Assembly: GCF_041956535.1 (NCBI RefSeq)
Contig: NW_027192229.1
Coordinates: 26,830-90,829 of the forward strand
Source: Calcarisporiella thermophila CBS 279.70
Lineage: Eukaryota; Fungi; Calcarisporiellomycota
DNA: 64,000 nt
Direction: 5' to 3'
Shown here: piece after piece, positions 37,901 through 51,375 of the stretch
Layout: each line of letters begins with the position of its first letter
Numbering within the stretch: the stretch's first letter is position 1
Notes under the pieces: model-generated
What the model was told of the DNA's origin: nothing
What the model saw: the letters and a program-made list of their open reading frames with translations, nothing else
Database searches by the model: none
Translations under genes and position numbers: made by a program

Positions 37901-40900
37901 ATCTTCCAGGGCTTTTACCAACCGACGCTGAATATAGCCAGTCTCGGCAGTTTTTACTGCAGTGTCTACAAGACCCTCACGACCTCCCATGGCATGGAAA
38001 AAGAACTCTTGTGGCGTGAGCCCACGCAGATAAGAGTTTTCCACGAATCCTCTAGACTCAGCACTATGGTCATCCTTTGCAAAATGAGGAAGTGTGCGCT
38101 GTTTGAAGCCGAATGGGATACGTTTGCCTTCGACGTTTTGCTGTCCGACACAAGCAGAAATCTGAGAAATATTGATGAACGATCCCTTCGAACCAGCAAC
38201 CACCATCTGTTTCACATTGTTGTCATCTTTCAAATTTTGCTGGGCCTTTTTACCGGCTTCATCACGAGCTTGATTGAGTTGTTTGTTGACCTTGTTTTCG
38301 AAAGTTTCACGAATCGTCATGCCTGGCTCACATTCAAGTTTATCTTGCTGTGCAGCAACAATGATCTCGTTCACGCGTGCCTTTGCAGAGCTGATGATAT
38401 TGGATATGGTTTCCATTGTAGATGCATCTGCTATAGCATCACCAATTCCGATGCTAAATCCATTGTGCAGCAGCCAGTGGTTGACGACACGCTGTGCTCC
38501 ATTAAGGAAACTTTTAGCAGCCTCAGGCCCCAGCTCCATCATAGCCACATGTACTAGGCCACCTCCAGAAGTACCGACCGTATTCTTCGTGAGAATTCCG
38601 GTGAGGAGCTCACCATTCTGGATAAGTACGTAGTCGTCCTTTGGGTTAAGCAGATTACCGTCCTCGTTACTGCGACGACAATTAACTCCTTTGGGAATCA
38701 CCATGCTAATAAGCTGTTTGCCAGTCCAAAGTGGTTTTGGTTTAAAAATGGCGGGCGGAATCATATTGCCATCCCAGTCAGGCACCCACATAAGAATGTT
38801 CATTACAAGCTCACGATCGAGGAAGCAGTCGCGAAGCGTAAATTTACGAATACCACAAAGAGTGTCCTGTACAATTCCCATGACCGGCTTGTTAGCCTGG
38901 GGAGAGATAATCTGCTTTGGAACCATGCAGAGCTCTTGAATCTCAGCACGAGTCTCCAGCGATTGAGGTACATGCAAATTCATCTAACATATACATCAGT
39001 ATAAGGCCATAATTGAAATGACAAAAAAAAATATTACCTCATCACCATCGAAATCTGCATTGTATGGACTTGTAACAGAGAGATTCAAGCGGAAGGTGGA
39101 ATAAGGTAGCACTTTAACTTTATGTCCCATCATAGACATCTTGTGAAGTGAAGGCTGACGGTTGAAGATAACCAAGTCCCCATTATCTAAATGACGTTCC
39201 ACCTTATATCCAAACTGAAAAAAGAAATACATGAGAAAGATTCAAGTATTTCAGGATCCATTATATGCAATATTCCCTTACCTGTAGAGGAATATCTCCA
39301 GCACGCTTGTGATATCGCAAATCAATACGCTCACCTCTGTCTCGTATCACATATTTTGCACCAGGGTGTTCGTTCGGGCCGTTTCTCACTAATTGCTGCA
39401 ACCGTGCAATGTTGTATGGTGTCACTATCTCAGGGTAGGTAAGGTTGCGTGCGATACTGCGAGGAACTCCAACCTCGTCGATAGAGAGGTTAGGGTCACC
39501 AGTAATGACGGTACGAGCAGAGAAGTCCACACGTTTTCCCATCAAGTTACCACGCAATCGACCCTCTTTACCCTTCAGACGTGCGCGGATAGATTTAAGT
39601 GGACGGCCAGATTTCTGTAGAGCCTGAGGCTGCCCTGCAATGTCATTGTCCATATAAGTGGCCACATGAAACTGAAAAAAAAAAATTAGATCAGACCTGT
39701 GAGCAAAAAAAGCATTAAATTTACCTGGAGTAAATGCTCGAACTCATTAATGACGTGAATCGGTGCACCCTCCATCTCGCAGCGCTTCACATGGGCATTT
39801 GCCTTCAGCCAAGAGTCAAATCAGTAAACAATAGAAGCTATTCGAGAGTATTCCAATTATACCTTGAGAATATCCGCAAGCTTATGGGTCAAATCATCCT
39901 CAGAACGCCCACTTCCGTCCATAAGGATACTGGGTCGCACCTGAGGAGGAGGCACTGGTAGCATTGTAATAAGCATCCACTCCGGGCGAGCATACTCGGG
40001 CGACAGACCCATTGCGACCATATCTTCCTCACTTATTTGTTTGAACACCTGTAAAACCTGAAGAGGGGTGACGAGATTCTTTCCTTCTGGAAGAATTTCC
40101 TAAAATTTTGTGAATATTAGATGTTAGAAGAGGAGGGCAGAAGTGAGTGCAAATAAATTTTACATCAGATGAAGCAGTTTGCCTGTAGGTTGCATAGAGC
40201 TTCAATCCTTCTTTCTTAAATGTAGGCTGCCTGTGGCCACAGCCGCCATGCGATTTTTTGCGTTTTCCGTCAATATCACCATTCATCATCATAGTATCTT
40301 GATTGTCCACCTCATCCATTTCATCGTCGTCATCAGCCCCACGTTCACAGACCATCTTTGTCTTGGCAATCTCCCATACTGCTTTTAAGCGAGCTTTTCT
40401 ACTCCTCAGTCTGCGTGCTCTCTCAAATTTGGGATTGGACTAAAGTAAAAAGAATTGTATTAAGTTACTCAGACCAACCCGAAATCTCGCTCAAAGCACG
40501 TACTTCGTCCACTTTCAGCTTGGAACAGTGGAAGCAGACGCATTCGAGGATCTTTTTCACTTTATTCAAAAAGCCTATGCAATTTAGAGTAGCGATAGTC
40601 TAGATATGTTCTCTCTTGAAGCAGGATTTTAACTAACCAATATGAAAAACGGGTTTCGCAAGCTCTATATATCCAAAATGGCCGGGACATTCTGCCATTT
40701 TTTGATCGCATGTCTCACAATAACGATGTCGATCAATTGTGCCTAGCCTCGGATCAAACAATCCTCCACGTTTGGGCTGGCCAGCCTCATCGAGAATCTC
40801 TGGATGCTCGACTTTAACATAACCCATTGCTTTCTATTATTTGCCAGGTATCAAAAAGTTGAGTATTGATCTAGATCTGCCGATGTGTCCAGAGACACAC

Positions 40901-41023
40901 TCAAGAAAAAGATCAAAAATAAGATGGTAAACATACTATCTCTTCTGGAGAAAGAATTCCAAATTGGACTCCAGTGACACGCCCGAGTGGAGCCTTGGAG
41001 TAGGCGAAAGCGTGTCCGCTCAT
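34993..41023 (-). CDS. RPB1: RNA polymerase II largest subunit
   Basis: [37 protein letters not shown] and C-terminal YSPTSPS heptads; ATG at 41023; multiple GT-AG introns. Confidence 0.99.
35026..35676 (-). repeat. Pol II CTD 21-bp heptad repeat array
   Basis: About 27 in-register heptads from 35592 to 35026, plus a few degenerate proximal repeats. Confidence 0.97.
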
Positions 41024-41339
41024 GATTTAATATGTTTTTGAAATTTTTTTGAAATTTTCAAGATTTAAAAAACAAAAGTAAAAAATGAGGTAAAAATAGA
41101 GAAAATGGTGAAAGATCTTTCAAGGATTGCTGCTAGGTGACCTTTTCTGGGAGTTCTGAAGAATAGAAATCAAAGGTCAACAAAGATCAAAAGCGAGAAA
41201 CTCCCAAGGAGTGATAAAGGAAGGGGAAGAGAAGATTTTATTGACTTGATGACGTCGACAGACCAACTAATGTCGACAGGATTTTACGTGTCAGCTCGAG
41301 AACTTTAGATCATCCTTCCTTTTGCTTTACAAATTCATA

Positions 41340-41653
41340 ATGGGCGTTGCCAACCTGTTAACTGCACTCTTACTCTTCATCAATGCGATTGCAGTATTAA
41401 ATGAAGAAAGATTTCTTGCTCGTATCGGGTGGAGCTCGACTTCTTTTCATGGCTATGGAGATCAAGGTCAATCAATAAAAGCACGGATGGTCAATCTGAT
41501 ATCTGCAACAAGAACACTAATGAGAAGTATGTTCGCAAAAGCATTTAGCTTCTGTTCAAATAATTATATTGACAATTATTTTCCTTTCTTCCCTTAGTTC
41601 CCCTCATCGTAATCAATCTCCTCGTGATAAGCTATAGATTAATTCTGGGTTAA
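41340..41653 (+). CDS. YOS1: Yos1/IER3IP1 ER-Golgi transport protein, 2 exons
   Basis: LLFINAIAVLNEERFLARIGW...TRTLMR|IPLIVINLL. Confidence 0.92.
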
Positions 41654-42037
41654 AATGGATCAGGCCAAACTTTCATCTATTTGAATCTTATTCCATTTTC
41701 ACCTCCGCATTTGTACCTTATAAGCCTCTTCTCTTTTTATTCTGTTATTGTTGAGCTACCTATTTGATTTTATAAAGACTAGTACTCTTTTCATCAGCCT
41801 AAGACTACAGGGATTGCTGAAGGCAAAGAAATGATTTAATCCTATAGAAAGCTAATCGTTTTCCCTATCTCTTAAATGATCTCGTAGTCAACTGTGTTTA
41901 TTCTTCTCGTAAGATGATATATTTGATATTCACTTCATAGCATTTGCATTATGAATTAAATCTAAGCCGCGCTATAATTTTTATTCGAGCTTTATCTCTT
42001 AATATTTAGCTGTTCAAATGGAAAAATATTAAACTAT

Positions 42038-45000
42038 ATGGATGCAAATTTTCTAATTTCAATTGAACCAATAAAGCCATTAAGGCAACAGCTTCCACTT
42101 CCTCCGGATCTCATTTTAAAAATTCTTCAACACGTCCCTGTCCCATCGCTTACAAATGTCGCGGTCGCATGTCGTCGATTCAAGGTGCTCGTGTATGACG
42201 ATGAGATTTGGGAGGCAAAACTACGTGCTATGGGAGTTTGGAAAGATTTCAATGAGAATGAGAACCCGCTTGATGCGCCAAATGAACCACTCTTTTTATC
42301 AAATTCGAGGTCATCACATGCTGGAACGAAGAATGATTTGATGAGCTTTGATCCGTTCACAAATCCCAATAGCTCTGCATCTAGCATGCTCACTCCACCA
42401 CCAAGTTTATCAACATCATTCACAAATAATTCGACCGGTACTCTTCTAGACCTAGATTCGCTTCCCTCTACTTTTAACAGAGCAGATCGCCCAGTTTCGC
42501 TTCACGCCCTCATCCCTGGAATTGGATCTGATCCACTCTCCGCTAATGCACGAGCAAAATCTACCGGAGAGGCTCGTGGTCGATTCCGCCAGATGTTTAT
42601 AGAGCTATTTCCCTATTACAGGGAGTTCAGGCGTGGAACAAAAGACTTGAGTGTGTTCAGAGATTTCGCGGGAGAACCGCTTCAGATCGCGAAAATGTTG
42701 ACTCAGCTAGTGGCATTCGGGAGAGCCAAAGTAGTGGATGACTGGAAAGACGTATGTATTATTAAATCCTTTTTGAATTATTCGCTTGCTCATATTTTCT
42801 ACTTTGCTATATAGATCAATAGTTCAATAGAAGCTGCTTGTCAAGACTTCGAGCATGCATGTTTGCATCACTTCAATAATGCTTATAGCGCAGATGATAG
42901 AAAAAATATGGAGGTAATACTTGAACAGTGATATAGTTGTTTATGGGTTTGAACCACAATTTTTTTAAACTGATAGAGATATGCAACGGCATTAACATGT
43001 TTAAATGGCGGGCATGCATGTATACAATCTTTTATCCAACATCACCCTCTTTTCTATGACCTACCCTTCAATCCAGGAGAGACCATGGGGTAAAAAGAGT
43101 GATTTACCGAGTTTTATAGCCCTATTTAACATAATACATTGGATTCCGTAGCACCGACTTTTTACCTTTAAAGAATTTCAGCAAATACCTTACTGATGAG
43201 ATTAAAAAGCAAGCAGCACTTATTAACGATGTATTCCCGAGCGAAGCGGATGTGCTATATTTATTTTGCGAACGTTTATTTGAAGATGTGGTATATTTCA
43301 TTATATTATAATTGAAATAACATGTTTCATCAATGTGGGATCATATTATAACTTCTTAGGTAAATGACCATTTAACATCGCTACTAAAGGCTACCCGTGA
43401 TCACGATGTACAGCTTTATCTTCAATGTGTGTCCGCTGTTACACAGGAGTTACAATCAATCGGAGATGTGATTAGCAATTTGAAACCTGGAGGGATAGAT
43501 CGCTCGCGTACGGACAAGCTCATTAACAAACAGTTGCACCCAATTGTGCGAAGATATCTGCACGATGAGTTACAATGGGTGAGCGACAACTGTGTATTGG
43601 CAACTGAGAAATGGGAAGAAGAGGTGAGTATTCTTGCTATTACCTAGAACTAGAATTTTATCATTCATCCGCCATACAATGACGTTTAATTAGAGAAAAT
43701 CAATTAAACGGGCGAAATCTAAGCGATTAAGTAATCCAATGGCCACACCAAATCGAGAGCTTTACAAGCGCAATTATTTAAAGGCATTCCGTAAAATCCT
43801 ATTGCTGCCAGCAGACATCGTCACCTCTTCCATTCAGACAATCCAGGGCTTCTCCGGTCCTGGAAAATCTTCAAGTAGACCATCCACTCCAGATCCATCA
43901 AAAATTTCATCAAATAGTCAGCAGAATGGAGACAGCCCCAAGTTGGAGACTAAAAGTCAATCGAAGCAAGAAGCTATGAGCGCGCAAGAAGTACAAGGAG
44001 CGCTCATGGCCGCACAATTGGATGAAATGCAAGATATTTTGAGCCTGGAGATGTCTCTTCACTTGATTCATATCAACAAAGAAGCTCAACAGCGAGTAGG
44101 ATTTTTCTTAAGATTGGCAGATGAATATGGCGAGCAAGCGTAAATATCATACACTATTACATTGTGTCTGGGAGATATAACAAAACATTTTTTGTGCTGA
44201 TTTGATAGCCAAAAAACCATTGAAACTATATTTATTCATCTACTACGGACGCTAGGTATGCATCACATTAAACCAGGGTTCGAAGAGTAAGTAGATTGCT
44301 TCTACCTAATACTATATTGTAGCTCAACCAACATCAATCTTGGCATTAGGGCTATAGAACACCTCGGAAGCTGTAATAAGTTAGACTCTACTATCGATCA
44401 TCAAACCCCTATCACTTCTCTCCGTGACTTCTTCGAGCTTATTCATATGGCCGATCTTATCCAACAAATGGTGCACGTGTACTACGAAGAAGAAATGGTA
44501 TTTTTTAGTATTGAATTTGCTTATCTGGTGCAATAATTCTAACAACTGCTGTTTGATATATAGGGAAGATATATTGATAAAACCGATTTCCTCTCAGATT
44601 GCAATAAAGAAAAGAAGAATTTTGAGCGCTTACTTGATGACTATGTAGCACGGGGACTTGACCGTAGCCTACAAGTGCTGATAGATCATGTGGAGTATAT
44701 TCTTCTTCGCGATCAAGCTGCCTCAGATTTTCTTCCCGCACACGGACAAGTACTTGACTTGCAGCCGACAAAAGCTTGTAAAAATGCAGCTGATTGTGTT
44801 CAGCTGCATACTCAGCTTTTGCTTGGATGTACAGATAAAACAATGCTGGATGTGTTTTTTCAGGAAATAGGCTCCCGATTTTTCTCGTAAGTACTAGCCC
44901 TTCTTTGCCTCTTGCACTTATTAGGCTAATAGCTGGCCTTATGACAGAGTTTTATGCAAACACTTCAAGCGGTTTACTATTAACGAGGCTGGTGGCTTCC

Positions 45001-45269
45001 AGTTAATTTGTGATCTCAATCACTACAACCAGTGTGCGTGGTCTCTCCGCCAGCAGCCCACTACTCGACTCTTCATGGCACTAAAAGACCTTGGCAATCT
45101 TTTTATAATCCAATCACCCGAAGCTCTAAAAGAGTTTATTCATGATGGAGAGCGTTTTGGTGGGACATTTAGGGTGGAGGAGGTATTGGAGTTCGTACAG
45201 TTAAGGGCTGACTGGAAAATGATCCAGAAAGAGGTGGAGAGAGACAAATTGGATTGCATAGTGATGTGA
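42038..45269 (+). CDS. RCY1: Recyclin-1 (F-box + Sec10-like domain), multi-exon
   Basis: F-box LPPDLILKILQHV..VAVACRRFKVL, then Sec10-like segments (FFELIHMADLIQQMV, KEKKNFERLLDDYVARGL, LICDLNHY), ending DCIVM. Confidence 0.88.
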
Positions 45270-45624
45270 AGAATTTGTCAATTTTCGAGTCATAAGCAAC
45301 GATGGACATTTGGAATTTGCCTTTTTTTTGGTTTCTTTTATGTGTTAATAACCTTTTTATTTAATAATAATATCCTGATCTCGTTCAATTTGGTAGTTTT
45401 AATTTGCCCACTTAATTTTCATTCAAATAGTATGTAGTATATTTACCTCGAGGTAATTATCAGATGGCTCACATGAGTCATAATAATCAATTGAAATTTC
45501 AAACTCTATATAACGTTAAATAATACCCGATATTAAATTAGAAACTCGAAAGTTAAAGAGACCGTCGAGATTTGACGTTAAAGCCAATTTAACCACCTGG
45601 GATCAATTATTCTTGCACTAAAGA

Positions 45625-46300
45625 ATGACTGTACCTATAAAGACCGCAAGCAGCAACATCAAAAAGAATGTTACCGTGCGTCCATTCTCGCCCTCCAATG
45701 ATGAAAAACATTTTGAGCGCATTCGTGGCCTCATTAACAGTGCCTATCGTTCAGGTAGGTTGAATTTGAAGGCATTTCCAAACTTAAGAAATTAAACCAT
45801 TGCCCTAAATGTGAATGGATTGTCTAGATAAAAGTTGGACCACCGAAAAACATCTGATTCGGGGAGAGAGGATGACTATCGAAAATCTCAGACGCACTTT
45901 GGAAAATGACTCAATTCATTTGTTCCTCGCATCGATTCCCGGGAATTCGGCGGAGAATAAACAAGCTTCCAGTGAAGATGAGCTGATCGTAGGAACCGTT
46001 GATATCGAGTTCAATGAAGAATATCCTGGTGCAGGACTTCTTGGCTGTCTTGCAGTGGACCCAGAATTTCAGTCCCATGGCATAGGTTCACGACTCGTCT
46101 CCCATGCCATGCACTTTGCTAAAGAGCAACTCAAGCTGAGCAAAATGGTGATATGGGTTGTGGACAAGCGTTCAGATATTATTGGGTGGTATGAAAGACT
46201 TGGCTTTAAGAAGACAATGGAAAGACGCCCATTTGTATGGCCCAACCTAATCCGGGACGGAATTGAGCTCGATTTTATTGTGCTAGAAAAAGCTCTGTAA
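45625..46300 (+). CDS. GNAT acetyltransferase (copy 1), 2 exons
   Basis: LINSAYRS|DKSWTTE, LAVDPEFQSHGIGSRL (motif A), WYERLGF. Confidence 0.88.
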
Positions 46301-46508
46301 ACCGAATGTTTGCTTGCATAGTGTGCACATCTTAACAAAAGATCTTTACATGCTTTGACGAACCTTAGCTCTTCGCCAAAAGATTTATCCAATTAATTTG
46401 ATTTTTATCGAGATTTATTACCGTAAAAAATTAAAATCAACTCCGCTCAAGTCAGAAAGCATATATCTGACAACCTAGTCCTCCATTATTTTTTCTGAAT
46501 TGACAACA

Positions 46509-47180
46509 ATGAGCATTACTTCTGTTGAGAATCTAAAGAATCAGGTCAAGATATCCAGCGCCAAACTCGAACATGACGTGCATGTAGAGAGGCTGTATAA
46601 AATTATTAATGCCGCATACCGCTCAGGCAAGTGTTTTTCTATATCTAACGGTTCGAGAAGCTATCTTATACTTACCCTGAATTAAATAGATAAGGGATGG
46701 ACGCACGAAGCTCACCTTGTAAAAGAAGATCGCATCACTATCCCCGAACTTAAAGAGCTAATTGCTGATGTAGAACACAAGCACGGTCATCTTCTGCTAG
46801 CATTTCTTCCTGCAGACTCCACCCCCGTTCTAAACCCGACGGATGCAGAGCGTGCTCTCGGCGAAGTTGTCGTGGGCAGCATTCAGATAGAGCCATCGCC
46901 ACGTGGTGAAGATGAATGTCTTATCGGATTGCTGGCAGTCGATCCAGCACTTCAATCTTTGGGGATAGGTAGCAGGCTTATGCGAAGTGCAATTGACTTT
47001 GCCCGTGATATTCTCAAGAAAAAGCACGCTGCTGTTTGGGTTTTGAACCAGCGGCCAGAGGTCCACAGTTGGTATTCGAGACTTGGCTTTGAGAAAACAG
47101 GAGAGCAGCTTGAGTTTGTAAACCCGCAGAATCTAAAAGATAAAGAAACGCATATGATCGTCATGCGTAGGACCTTTTAA
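46509..47180 (+). CDS. GNAT acetyltransferase (copy 2), 2 exons with a GC-AG intron
   Basis: IINAAYRS|DKGWTHE, LAVDPALQSLGIGSRL, WYSRLGF; intron 46627-46689. Confidence 0.88.
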
Positions 47181-47438
47181 TTCTACCATATTTATATTTT
47201 CAACAATGTAAACCTAAAAAGTGTATCAAGCTTTATATATGTTTTATTTCATTTTATTTCATTTTATTTTATTAGAGGATAAAAATAGAAATGAAGGCCA
47301 GAAAACTTATCTGAAGGAAATAATAAAAAAGGGTTCGACAGAGATTGAAAGTGAAAGAGGACAAGCGGAAAAAAGTGAAGTTGCTGCAATGAAGGGTATT
47401 AAATTAATGTCAAAGTCCAATGTGAACAGGATGGGGTG

Positions 47439-50352
47439 CTATAACTTTAAATCTGCCAGTATCCGTGAGCATATCTTCCTATACTGCCACGCGTCGCCGC
47501 TGATCCTATGAAATTGCACCCCGTGCATTCCAAGTAGCCACGGAACACGAACGATATGCACCTCAAAGCGAAGTATAAGTCCTGCGACCTGTTGGGAAGT
47601 CATAGTTGACTCCTCTTCAAAAGACTCTCGATACTCGCCCCCACCACCCCTGATTTTACCTCGCTCATTTTTTAACAAATCGAACTCCATCAGGCTTTGT
47701 TGTTGCTGCACCTGCTGTTGGGTGCTTGCAAGATCGATGCTTGGTAAGTGAAGACATTCATATCCTCCCTTAATCTCATGGTATTGTACCCCGATTTGAT
47801 TTAGCACTTGTTCCACATTGCTTCGAATTTGTAGAGCGGGCTTAGTGGATGTGGTTGCTACCGAAAACAGTCCCTTCAAGAACACAGGTTTTGCCTCCAT
47901 CCGCTGCTTGTTCGAACTGGGCGTGGTAGGCGTCGTAGGAGAGAAAGGATAGCTGTTGTTTGTGTGCTGAGGAGAGGTAAATTGCTCCGAAGATTGCTGC
48001 TGAGGGATGGAGACTTTAGGGAGTTCAACGGCGGGTGCTTTGGTATTAGCCGAGCGGCCGCCGCCAGATGATGCTGCTGCACTGGCAATCCAGGACCCCC
48101 CGATTGACGATGGGCGTTGTCTATGCCGGCGGTATTCCGTTTCCGGCAAAGAAACCGCTCGAGTAACCCCCTTTGTATCGCCTACTTCCTCAGAGTCTCG
48201 GACACTATCACGCTCCGTTAGTTGCGGAGAAGGGGTGGCATAAGCAGAAAGCGCAGAAGGATGTCTTGAGTGTTGGCCTTTGAAGGTGGGGCGCCGCCCT
48301 CCATCTAGAGAAGTTCTACCCAGAGCCATCCCCAACCTTTTGAAAACGCTCCCATCACTCTTGCTTGGACTGCTAGGTTCCTCTCTCGAAAATATCGAAG
48401 GCCGCTCATCTCGGCCCAGTGTACGTCGTCGTTCCTTGGTTGGCACCGTGGGGGGCGGATGGTAGAGATCGGGAACATCTATTTCCAACGAAGGACCGTT
48501 GGTAGCATGCAATGGATCGGGCAAGGGAATCTGTGGGGCAGCAAATCTTTGCTGTTGCGCCTGTTGCTGTCGTAGCTTTTGTTCCGCTTGTGCCTTCAAG
48601 GCCTGCCGTTCTCTTTCTTGCTTCTCGCGTACAAGATGGTATATCGATATCAAGGGGTGATATGCCTCAGGCAGAGTAATTGGATCGTCCGGGGGTGGAG
48701 GTGGTGGCGTCTTTCCTCCCCCCATTTGTTTATTAAATAGGGTCTTAACAGTTGAATTGTTTCGCATGGATGAGGGAGCAACGGATTCTACGCTTCTCCA
48801 ATACGCCTGGTTCTGTGCAAGCTGCTTAGCAGCACGCTGATACGTGTCACTTGTCACGATTGCCTCCAACTCGCGCCGAATTTCTTGCTCAGTGCCAAAC
48901 TCAAATCCAGTCATTCCACGAATAACATCCATGTCAAGAGGGAGACTAAGTGGTAGGCGGTATGGTAAATAGTTTTTGATTTTGGTGTCAAATCCCCGAT
49001 TTAGCCAGGGATGCTCCATGATCTCGGTTAGTGTAGCGCGTTGTGAGGGATCTGTTACAAGCATGCGAGAAATGAGATGCTTGCATTCTATAGATAGAGG
49101 GAGAAAATTAATTAATCATGAGAAATCTCTTATGAAGGAAAGAGAACTAGTACCAGAACTAAGATAATTGGGATATTCCACAATCCCCCGTTTAATTTTC
49201 GCGTGCAGTGCAGGCATGCTTTGATCATCAAACGGCACCTTTCCACATACCAATACATATAAAACAATTCCAAGACTCCAGATATCTACTTCTGGTCCAG
49301 TATACATCTTTGCATTTAGGAGTTCAGGTGCTGCAAAGTAAAGCGAGCCGCAGAATGTGGAGAGCAGTTTGTCTGGCGAGTAGAGGTTCGAGAGCCCAAA
49401 ATCGATGATTTTAACGTCCCCCATCTTGGAAATTAGGATGTTTTCAATTTTTAAGTCTAAAGATAGAAAAAAAAAATTGAATAAAAAACCCTCTACCCAA
49501 TAGTTGTGCTAAACAAAATGTACATACCCCGGTGTACTATCGAGTTTCGATGGCAATAATCTATTAAAATAAAAAGAAAAAAACCGCAAATAAGCGCATG
49601 AACACACATATAATAACACTTAGTGTATTGCTGATTCATACCAAGTGCGCTTACAATTTGTCGTATAAATTTTCGAGCCTGCTTTTCCTTAATCTTCCCA
49701 TGGCTGATTATATAATCGAGGAGCTGTGCTCCGTCTACAAATTCAAATACCATATAATAGTAGTTTGGGAGCACCATCATCTCGCGCAATCCTACAATAT
49801 ATGGGTGGTGTAGCAGTAGCATGATGGAGCCTTCGCGAATAGTACGTATTTCTCGATTTTCATTCTTTTCTGGCCTAGATTTTCGTCCGCCGCTGTTGTT
49901 ATGTGTACGCGGAATGATCTTGATGGCAAACTAGAGAGAGAAACATTGATGGTCGATAAGTTAATCGAGCCAAGTATAAAATCTTGAAATCAGTACTGAG
50001 GCGTTGAATATTTTGCCACACAAATCTATACCTTTTCACCAGTAGTATTGTGGACACCTAATTTCACTTTTCCCATACTTCCTGCACCTAGAGTTTTGGT
50101 GAGCGTATATGCGCCAAGTATTTTCTTGGTTCTCGATTGTTGCTGCTTTATTCTCCGCGCATCGTCTATATCGGTAGTGAAATTTTCATTGGCGAAATCG
50201 GATGTTGACGATTGCGCGGTTTGAGTGGAAGGAATATTAGCACTCTGAGAACACTCTACTTCATTTGCGGATTGCGGCGCGATCTTATCAAGGATCTCGG
50301 AAGAAGAGGGAGGAATTGGAGGAAGCACTTTTTCTGCAAGAACGGCAGACAT
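47439..50352 (-). CDS. KIN1: KIN1/KIN2 (MARK/Par-1) Ser/Thr kinase with C-terminal KA1 domain
   Basis: [62 protein letters not shown]. Confidence 0.95.
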
Positions 50353-51375
50353 TGTGTCTCAAATAGATGAATAACAAGTGGTAGATTTGAGTAGAGAAGA
50401 GAGAAATATCAAGAATAATTGTCATATAATATCCGCTCAACTATATGTCTGTAAAGTCGAGCCAAATCAACATAGCTGTGACTCCGAGTTGAAATAATGT
50501 TGAAATAGAAAATAATAACTGATGTTTGACGTTATGTCAGGGACACATTAAATACCCGAGTTGGGGAGTAGAAGAGTTGCAACACCACAGGTGTGTAAAG
50601 GACTAGAATGGTTTGTCCGAACGTCTCTTGTGGAGATAAATTAAACTGCGCCACTGCGTTACCTAACCTAGAATTCTGAGAAATTTCTCTTAGGTGAATA
50701 TTATGTTGGATATTCTCTGGCGGAAAGAGTTAAGGACGGGTTTTGTATTTATTACGCTTCTAAGTTCAAGGATTCAGATTAACTATCAACTCCCTGTTGA
50801 ATCTGCCCCCTAATACGTGCTACATAGTCCGCAGAATCCTTGCATATGACTCGACTCGGACATATGTCGCACTTGAAGGCCAGCGAGTTTATTTAGCAGC
50901 CACTATTTTATTTTTAAGTCGTACACCATGTTTGGTCGTTGCTTAACTCCTGGTGGATATATGGTAATAATATCATAAAATAGGAATAAGCCCTCCTCTC
51001 TTACATACGTGCTTTCTTATTGCTTACTCCCCAATTTTTAATACCCAAGCATTTAAAGTTTATGTTTTTGAACGATGAATAGATTAAAAAACACAAGAAC
51101 ACGCGTTTTAATTTTTAATTTTTTTTATATGAAGTTTTGCTAGATATCGAACGAGATTTTACCATTTCTCTACTTTTCACCAGTGGCATTTTATGTATCT
51201 TGTGTTTTCTTAATGTCACCTGATATTATCTCTACCTTGCCCTTCGCATAGAATTTGATACTTGGATCTATGTTTTAAAAACGTTATACTTTCTAAACCA
51301 TTATAATAAGTACTCATTAACATCCTTAGAGTAAGAAGAGCAATCGAGAGTTTGTACACGAGTGCGACTTGGAAT

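Noticed and set aside
36632-38939. Long antisense ORFs over RPB1 (also over HD, LRR and KIN1 genes)
   Set aside because: Shadow frames of real genes with no independent motifs.
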